64,000 nt of DNA, from positions 558,001 to 622,000 of the forward strand of contig OZ218957.1 of assembly GCA_965112735.1 (NCBI GenBank). Direction: 5' to 3'. Origin of the DNA: Phaeosaccion multiseriatum (lineage: Eukaryota; Protista; Ochrophyta, other classes). Under the pieces are notes generated by a model. That model was not told where the DNA came from. It was given only the letters and a program-made list of their open reading frames with translations, and searched no databases. Made by a program: the position numbers and the translations under genes. How positions within the stretch are numbered: position 1 is the first letter of the stretch; each line of letters begins with the position of its first letter. This document shows positions 56,099-64,000 of the stretch, piece by piece.

Positions 56099-59024
56099 AA
56101 TAGTACCGTGATGTGGGGCACCTGCCCCACGAAATTATGGTTTTGGATATTTTATGGGCCACAAATGCTCGTTTTTCAAGTTTTTTATCCAATATTTTTT
56201 GGTTGTGGGGCATTCTCCCCCCCCTCCCCACATGGATTTTTATTCATTCACAGCATCAGCATATTTGCACAGGGCAGCTATGTAAGAGGAGCAGCGGCTG
56301 CGCGGACGATACCCGGCTGTAACAGCTGATGCCAGTGGTGGGAGGGGCATCTCCCACGTGAATTTGCAGGAGAACAGAGCATACCATGGCTGACGTCGCT
56401 GTTGCTACGGTTCCGGAAGCACCAGCAGCAGAGGGGGAAGAAGCACCGCTTACTGCAGAGCAGCAGCAGATTCAGAACCTCCGAAACAACACCATCGCCC
56501 CACGCTCGAGAAGTGGATATGCATGCGCCTCCACCATGCTGATCCGATACCTCTTCCGCAAGCACCCGGAGCTTCTGGACCCTGACTTCAGGACAGCATT
56601 TGCTCCACCGGAAGGGGAAGAGGAGGAAGACGGGGAAGATGGGGAAGAGGAGGAAGCACAGAGGAGAGCAGCAGCAGCCGCAGCAGCCGCCGCACCTGGC
56701 GGAGCGGGTGGTGCCACTGCAGCGGCACAGCAGACGCCGGCTGAGGTGTCGAGAGCAGCGAAAGCCCAAGCAAAGGCCAAGAAGAAGGCTGAGGCGCAGT
56801 GGACGAAGCGGGTGAAGGCACACTTGATCCAAGCACCTCGGGCGCCGCACCCTTTGCTGTTCCATCTGCTGACAGCCGACGCGTTCTTCGGGTGGCTGCT
56901 TGAAGTCAAGAAGGGGCCGAAGGGCTTATCCAAGGCCGGTGCACAGTCGAAACGCTCTGCACTCTTCAATCTGTACAGAGACTACCATCAGGAGGAACAG
57001 CACCGCAAATTGCAAAGCGACCTTGCGACGCTCACCAAGGGGCTGAAGAGGACGATCGCAGGAGAGAAGCAGGAGGGAAATGTCGAAGTCAGAGAAGGGA
57101 AGGCTCCCATGCCGTTCGCTCTCTACCGCGCTCTTGCCAAAGGTAAATTCCCAGCTGTGTGGAGTCAGTGGACAGTGGAAACTAGTGGAGTGGGTGGAGA
57201 CAAGTGGCTGATGCATTGAATGCCCCCCACTCACTTCCTAGCCCTGACGCCGTCTTTGGTTGCCACTGTTTCCTTCGCTTGTGTACATCGCAGCAATGCT
57301 GAGCTCGGCAGTCTGTGAGAACGGGCACAGACAGGGCGCCTTTGGCCACCCCTTCCTCGTTCTCTCCTGGAATCTGATGTGCCGCGCCACCAACTGTGTG
57401 GAGATTTGTCTCGATCATCTCGAGTGGAAGGGGGACGCGCTCTGCGTCTATTTTGGGAAGCAAAAGGGCGATCAGCTGGGAGAGAAGGCCCGACATCCTC
57501 GCCACGTCTACGCGAATCCAATCATGCCGGAGATCTGCCCCGTCCTCGCGCTTGGTGTTTACCTCCTGAGCTTTGGTTTTGAGAAGAACGCGCTGTTCGC
57601 TGGCAACAATCAGTACGATAGGTATTGCGGCTTCCTCAGACGTACGGCGGCGGCGAACTCGTCCATTTTGGAAGGCATGGGGCTGACTCCAGAGGACCTC
57701 GGCACTCATTCTGGGCGCAAGGGCGCTGCCTCGCACGTCACAAGCGGCTCGTCCGCTGCTCCCAACCCAATTGCTGTGCAACTTATGGGATGGTCTCTTC
57801 CCGGCGTGCAGGGCATCTACTTCAACCCCATCAATGCAGCAGATCAGTATGTGGGCCGGGCTGCCTCCGGCGCGAACATCTCAGCGAAGGAGTTTGCATT
57901 GCTTCCTCCCTTTTTTCAGCGCCTCAAGGTGGACGGCACAGCGAAGGAGGGCATTGAAGACGTGCTCGCGGGAGCCATTGTGAGCTGCTTCAGGGACGTG
58001 CCGCTGAGATTGAGGAAGGTGGCTGAATTCTGTCTTGCCAGTGTGGTGTACCACGCCGGCTTTCTGCGCAGCACTCTTCAGGAGAATCACCCTCTTTTCA
58101 CGACACAGCTCTTCCGAGATCAAAGGTTGCTGGCGGACCTTTCAGAGCATGTCGTGCTGAAGTATCCGGACGAGACGGACGAGATTTCTGCAACCGGGAT
58201 TCCTCCCCACGTCGTGCAGCTGAGGCAATTCCAAGTCGTGGCGGACAGCGTGGCCTCTCTAGGCGGCAAGCTTGAGGTGTTGGGCCAGACGATCAAGGTC
58301 GACTTGGAGACGCTGATCCGTGACGTTCTGGAGGAGAATGCACAGGCCTCTGGCACTGTCACCAGTCTGGGTGTGAGCAGGGCCCTGCAGACGACCCTCG
58401 ACGCAGCCTTTTCTAAGAGTGGGCTCAGCGACCTTCTCGCGGCTCACCAGGCAGGCACTCTGGGCCTTGGTGAGGGTTCGAGCAGCGCCCCGCCCTCTTC
58501 TTCTTCTTGTGCAGGTGCAGATCAGCCACCTCTGTATCTCTACAACGGCCGGTGGCATACCCTTCCCGAGCACTTTGAGGTCCCTAGCTTCACTGTGCGC
58601 GCTGCTTGGGATGCTTGGATGACAGGCACTCCTCGCCTTCGAGAATTCACGACAGCAGACGTGCAGGGGAGGGCGGAGAAGCGAAGGATGTCAAAATTTT
58701 GCTGTTTGATGGGTGCGATTGAATCCGCGGCGAAAGAAAAGGGGCTCTGGAAGGACAAGCCGACGCTTGAAGAAGCGCGAAGCATGTTTGACGCAGTCAA
58801 AGACGCCTTTGACATCAAGTCTCGTTCTGATTCTCACAAGCGCCGCTTCAATCAGCTGGTGTGGACCACCGTGTATAATTTATGGAGCGCGCAGCAGGCG
58901 GACGCGAAAAAACGGGCGAAGCGGGCGAGGGCGAAGGAAAGTGGCACTGGTGCAGACGAGTCGAAGGAGGGGGATGGAGGTGATAGCGGTGCAGAGGACG
59001 ACGAGGAGGGAGGTGGCAGCAGCA

Positions 59025-59058
<34 letters not shown>

Positions 59059-59692
59059 AACAGGAGGAGGCGGAGCCGGAGGAGGACGAGGAGGAAGGGG
59101 TGGGGGAAGGGGGGCCCAAAAAAAACAGCGTACTGGTACTGGTACTGCTTCTGATGCTGCTTCTGCTGCTGCCTCTGATGCGGCCGCTGCGGCCGCTACT
59201 GCCGCTGCTGCCGCGTCAGCAGCGCCGTCGTTGGGCGGCTTGAGAGAGGGAGACATGGCCTTCACATGCTCGTATGGCTGTACTAAGCCCTCGCAAGTCA
59301 AGCTGTTCCTCTGCCCATCCGAAAGAGCGTGTGGAAACCTCGTGCACCACATGTGCACCGTCGAGTTTTGCGACAGCAAGGGTTTTGCGGAAGGCGATTT
59401 TGACTACTACTGTAAGCCATGCATGATTGAGGACGGACACTAAGTGTGTCTGTAAATATGAATACCATTGTTATCGTGGTAATACCATTAAATCGTCATA
59501 TCATAGCGTAGTATATTTTGGAGGAGGAGGGGAGAGATACACACACAAAAAAGGAGGGGGGGGGGGAGGGGCGCTACTGGTCCATATTGGGTACTGTACT
59601 AAAAATACCCACTTTTAAAAAAATTGGGTACTAAAAATACCCACTTTCACCGAGTGGGGCATCTCGCCCCACCAAAACCGGTCATCAATAGT
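56099..59692 (+). mobile_element. CryptonS-like tyrosine-recombinase DNA transposon (boundaries tentative)
   Basis: Intron-containing YR gene with AT-rich flanks; related palindromes GTGGGGC-n-GCCCCAC near both ends (56113-56130, 59654-59672); 6-bp direct repeat AATAGT just outside each (56099-56104, 59687-59692). Confidence 0.75.
56386..59443 (+). CDS. Crypton-type tyrosine recombinase, 968 aa, two exons (56386-57142, 57294-59443), GCR1_C-like region and C-terminal PHD-like finger
   Basis: CryptonS motifs: RSALFNLYRD..KGLKR..EGKAPMPFALY; SWNLMCR (catalytic R); KQKGDQ..PRHVYANP..PEICPVLALG; GTHSGRKG (H-x-x-R); GWSLPGVQGIY (W, catalytic Y); DQYVGR..FALLPPFF; the phase-1 GT-AG intron restores the frame. 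Confidence 0.92.
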
Positions 59693-59863
59693 TAAAATTA
59701 CATGAAAACAAAAAAAATGAAGAAAGCGCTTGGTGTGTCTCGTGTCTCGTGTGGCGTTCTCGGGCTGTGGGGGGCTGCCACAACTGAGCTGAGTGATTCT
59801 GTCTTGTCTTGTGTTGTGCTGTCCTGGCAAAGATATCTCTGAGCAGTACAGTCTCTCTCTCTC

Positions 59864-59908
<45 letters not shown>

Positions 59909-60175
59909 GCTCTGTGTGTGTGCGCGCGTGTGCATGTACCTATCCATAGCACATTATATGGGGGTAAGGGCCGGGAGAGAGCAGCGCTTCTTCGCCCTGT
60001 TTGGGCCTCCGTTCTTCTCTTACTCCCCCCCCCCCACCCCCACCCCCTCCTCCTCCTCCTCCTCCTCCTCCTCCTCCTCCTCCTCCTCTTCCTCCTTTCT
60101 CTTCTTCCCTCCTCTTACCTCCACTCTTTCTCCTCCTCCTCCTCCTCCTGCTGCTGCTGCTGCCCCTCCTCCTCT

Positions 60176-61118
60176 CTAACTCTCCCCTCCTCCTCCTTCT
60201 CCTTCTCCTTCTCCTTCTGCTGCTGCGTCGCCCTCCACCCGCTGAAGGGCCTCCATGGCGGCCTCCATCAGCGCTGTCTTAATCCTGAGTCTCTCCTCCG
60301 GCGTCGGATCCGGCTTGGGCTGAAAGAAGAGAGCAGTGCAGGGTAGTGAAGAGAGAAGAGAGTAAGGCAGGAGGGTGCAGGGTGTTGTAGCGCAGAGTAG
60401 ACAGCAGAGAGGACAGGCACTGATGGGAAAGGAGTTCTTTCAATATAAGTGAGCGAGAGGTTGCGAAAATGAGATGCTTTTGTCCGTTTGGAGGGTTCGC
60501 TCACCTCGTCGTTGGCACTCAACAATACAGGAATGCTGTAGTCGTTTTTGTCCCCAGGGGATTGCTGCTTCAAGTCTGCTTTGATCCTCTCCTTCTCCAT
60601 GACCATATCCTCATCGGTACAGAAGCCTTTCTGCTCGGGGGAGCGAAGTAAATAGGAGGGGTACATGCATATGTGTGAGTCGGTAGGAGATATGTCCTTC
60701 AGGTAAGTATGGATTGGTGCAGACGATTAAGCCTTCTCGTCGATGAGGATTGCGTGTGATTGCGTACAAACAGCTTTCCTGGCCGTACCTCATCGAAAGA
60801 AAGGCCCTCGGCATCAGTGTATGGTTGGTTATCCGCCCCTAATACATCTTCCGCATCCCCGATTATTTCCCTCATCTTCGCCTCCAGTTCCGCGTCGGAA
60901 ATAGAGGGGGGCACCTTAGCCTGCAGTCTCACGCTTTCTGCTGCTCGCCTTCTACGTCGAGTTGAGGGCTCTGCTGCTATTCCTGAAGGAGCTGCACGAC
61001 CACTGTGAAAGCATGGCCTCTCACTGCCGGCAAGCTTCCCACTGATGCCTCCTGTGATAAACGCAAAGGTCGAGGGCTGGGAAGCAAGTCCCAAAACGAA
61101 CAGATCCCGCAGCATCAT
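60176..61118 (-). CDS. Small acidic protein with probable bipartite plastid-targeting presequence, 3 exons
   Basis: MMLRDLFVLGLASQPSTFA|FITGG, Arg/Ser-rich transit region, then acidic mature part; exons 61118-60789, 60630-~60505, ~60319-60176 splice in frame. Confidence 0.7.
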
Positions 61119-61333
61119 TCCAAATCCGCCCAGCCAGAGGTAGATGAACAGCAAGGCTACGGTTGCGAAAGGGGCGAGAGACAGAAAGGTTAGAAAGAAA
61201 GGGGGAGGACTTTAAAGAAAGGGGAAAGAAAGGGGGATGGATGGATGGATGACCAACATGTGCACATCGGGGGCCACTCCCTTCACTGATTTTCTGATTT
61301 TCTTGATTTCCCCATCCTCCTCTTCGTCTTCCC
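61119..61333. promoter_or_regulatory. Putative bidirectional promoter (~215 bp)
   Basis: Short spacer between two divergent ATGs. Confidence 0.5.
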
Positions 61334-62874
61334 ATGTTGTTGGCTGGGAGTCTCCTCCTCGTGCTGGTCGGACTCGTCAGGCCGGCGGGGGCATTCCTGC
61401 CTGCCGCGACTCTGTCGTCGAGGAAGGCGTCCCCCTTTTCCTCGGCAGCAAAGGACACTGGCTCAGGTACAGAGGAGGACCCTGTGGTTCAGCTCTGCAA
61501 CGAGGCGGAGAACGGGAACCCCCTTCCCTTGGCCAGGTACTACATGAAGCACATACAGCCAAACGTGGACGTGGAGAGCATCACTGAGGCGTTTGCACAT
61601 GATTGGTACGCTCTGCAGCAAGCTGAGGTGAGTGAGTGAGCAAAGCATTGAAGCGATCAGGCACACTTCCAAAGGTGGTAGCATGCAAATTTTCTTATCA
61701 TGGGGCGGCGGCAATTGGCTTGGGCTCTTTGTTCGTTCTCTCAGGCTGACGCTGAGACCGCAAGGGCCACCGCGAGGGCAGCAGCGAGCTCAGAAGAAGG
61801 CAGCCCAGAAGAGGTGAGCGGGGAGAGGGGGCCAAAGAGGGGTGGGAGACTGGCTAATGTAGTCAGTGGTCCCAATCGTCACCTCCTTCACCTCTGTCCA
61901 AGGAGGGAGCCCACCAAGGCCCTTCTTCCTACAATCAATAGCGCTTCCTGCTTCACCGCGTGTGTACCCCCACCCACTACATGTGCGAAGACTTGCGTCT
62001 CTCTCTCTGATGCCTGACCTTTCCCCTCTCACCCCTCACCTCTCAACTCTCACCTCATCCCCCCGAGCAGGACTCTGTAATCTCTAACCTCCACCATCAC
62101 CCACCCACCCACCCACCCACCCCTTCTACAGGACGACATAGGCTTCGCGGACTTCCTCGCGGACCTGCAGGGCTACAAGCTCATGCTCGACGATCCTTCA
62201 CTTAGCAAACTTGCGGAGGAGCAGGTCAGCGCAGTTAGTTCACTTGCACAGTTGCCGTTCCGTTCCAATGTATTAGTTCGACCTTGACAACTTCTAATCG
62301 TGGCGCGTGCCTCTTCCCGAGAGCCTCCCTACTCTACTCACTCCCTCTCGCAGCGTTTATCTGTCTTGTTCTGTTTTGTCTGTTTGTCTTGTCCACATGT
62401 CTTTCTGTAACGTCTTTCCCATTCCCTCCCTTGCGAACACGTCCTCTTGTGCAACGTCCCGCAGTTGGGGATGGGGACCAATTTCGAATACGACGACGAA
62501 ACCAAGGCCCAAAAGGAGACCGCACTACAGGCGCTGCGTACGGAAAGCGTTGAAGAAGAAGGAGAAGAGGACGATCAGGTCAGTTGAGTGGCCCCCCCTT
62601 CTCTTGTGAGGGCTTTCCTACTCACTCCCTCTCAGGGCGTTTCGTCAGTCTGGTCTACTGTAGTAGTCACCCACTCCCCGGTTTGTGAAAAGACGTAACG
62701 TCTCTTCCCTCCCTTACGTATATGCCTTTCTTACGTAATTTCCCGCAGCTGGCGACGGCAGCGACTTTCGAATTCGCCGACGAATTAGAGGCACAAAAGG
62801 AGAAGATAAAGCAGGCGCTGAAGGCGGCGACAGCTAAAGAACAAGAGGGTGAGGAGGAGGAGAAGGAGAACTAA
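61334..62874 (+). CDS. Acidic plastid-targeted protein, 5 exons, with duplicated C-terminal exons
   Basis: MLLAGSLLLVLVGLVRPAGA|FLP matches the ASAFAP motif; phase-0 exons splice to ...KEN* at 62872-62874. Confidence 0.8.
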
Positions 62875-63069
62875 CCTGGCTATCCAACAACAAGGACTCC
62901 ATCGATTCTTTTTTCATATTAAAATAGTAAACGGACTGAGGTGAATACTTTGTGTATCAGCCGAGCAGCGAGCCGGACATAGTCCTCTTTGTATCTGCTG
63001 CTGAGAGGACGAGAGGAGCGAGCGGCTTGACCATGCGATGGCTAGATCGACCCGCGCGTCTCGGAGAGG

Positions 63070-63110
<41 letters not shown>

Positions 63111-64000
63111 GCAAGAGAGAGAGTGAGTGAGAGAGACAAGAGACAAGAGAGAGCGCGTGAGACGGGGAGGGAGGTCCGAGAGGCAGTTGGTGATACAACA
63201 GCTGCAGCGCAGTCGTCTTTGTAGGGAAGGAACGGCAGCGGAGCATCGATCGAATGGGATGGATGTGTCAGCGCCACCCACCCACCCCCAACAGCACTAT
63301 AGAGCTCTAGAGGGAGCGAGGTCATGCCATCCCTCCCCTTTGAGGAGTGCGCATGAGGCTGTGCTTGCATCTATCGTGCCGTCCTTTCCATCCGGGAGGG
63401 GGGGGGGATGCAGGGGGGATCCAGGCATTGCAGCACCCCCACAATGACATCACAGCAGCTCTGATCTGTAGACCAGAGCTTCGATATCGACTCCATTTAT
63501 CGTGCTCGATACTGATAAGGTCACATACATAAAACGAGAAAACTGTCTGTAGGCTAGAGCTGCCCACTGCGGGAGGGGTGGGTGGGCATAGCAGCACTTA
63601 GGCCTTGGTCTATGAGTAAGAGGACTGATCTACCTCCGCGGTGGGTGGGCGTGAAAGGGGCGGAGCAGGCAAGGCAGCCAAGGAGGGCAGATCAGGTGGG
63701 TCAGGTAGGAAGGGAGAAGGGAGGAGAGCAGGGGAGTTATGGAGTGGGGCAGACCCACGTCCCCGTGTTGTGTCTCTGTCTGTCTTGTTTTTTCCAGTGA
63801 GTAGACACTGGTTTAAAATGACGATAACGATGACGATGATGATGTAAGAAAATTGATTTCTTTTTTAGATGTAAGAAATCCCCTCTGTAAAAACACCTGT
63901 TTGCCGCCGTCGCTCGCCGTCTAAAAGAGAGGGAACATCCCCACTCCCCTCCTCTCTCTCTCCATCTCTCACTCGAGCTTTGCTTGCCGCCCATAGTCCT

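Noticed and set aside
56113-59672. Classical TIR/DDE transposon
   Set aside because: The encoded enzyme is a tyrosine recombinase; the ends are short self-palindromes, not extended terminal inverted repeats

Overview
Eukaryotic nuclear DNA from a flagellated, plastid-bearing stramenopile (ochrophyte-like): spliceosomal introns packed with microsatellites, ASAFAP-type plastid presequences and a ciliary gene. Most ORFs in the supplied track are microsatellite artefacts, so genes were rebuilt by hand from splice sites. In order: the 3' part of a TOR kinase gene (1-13448, +) with large low-complexity insertions; an intronless plastid-targeted two-domain protein (-); a frameshifted LRR N-cap relic; a large multi-IQ/coiled-coil/triple-WW gene (-) head-to-head with a small 4-TM gene (+); an ankyrin-like 'CPWD' repeat gene (-). 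Next is an accessory block with a ~1570-aa secreted protein (signal peptide, RXL site, KXXK Lys/Ser clusters, ten near-identical 10-Cys exon modules in a 572/572/564-bp higher-order array, disintegrin-like domain), followed by an inverted pseudogene copy of the ankyrin-like gene. Then come CFAP99 (-), whose intron carries a stray EML/WD40 exon fragment; an apparently intact CryptonS-like tyrosine-recombinase transposon with a C-terminal PHD-type finger and palindromic ends; and a head-to-head pair of small acidic plastid-targeted proteins. A dispersed motif (CAGCAGTTGGTGATACAGCAG) recurs throughout exons, introns and intergenic DNA. All homology calls are from recognition of motifs, not database searches.
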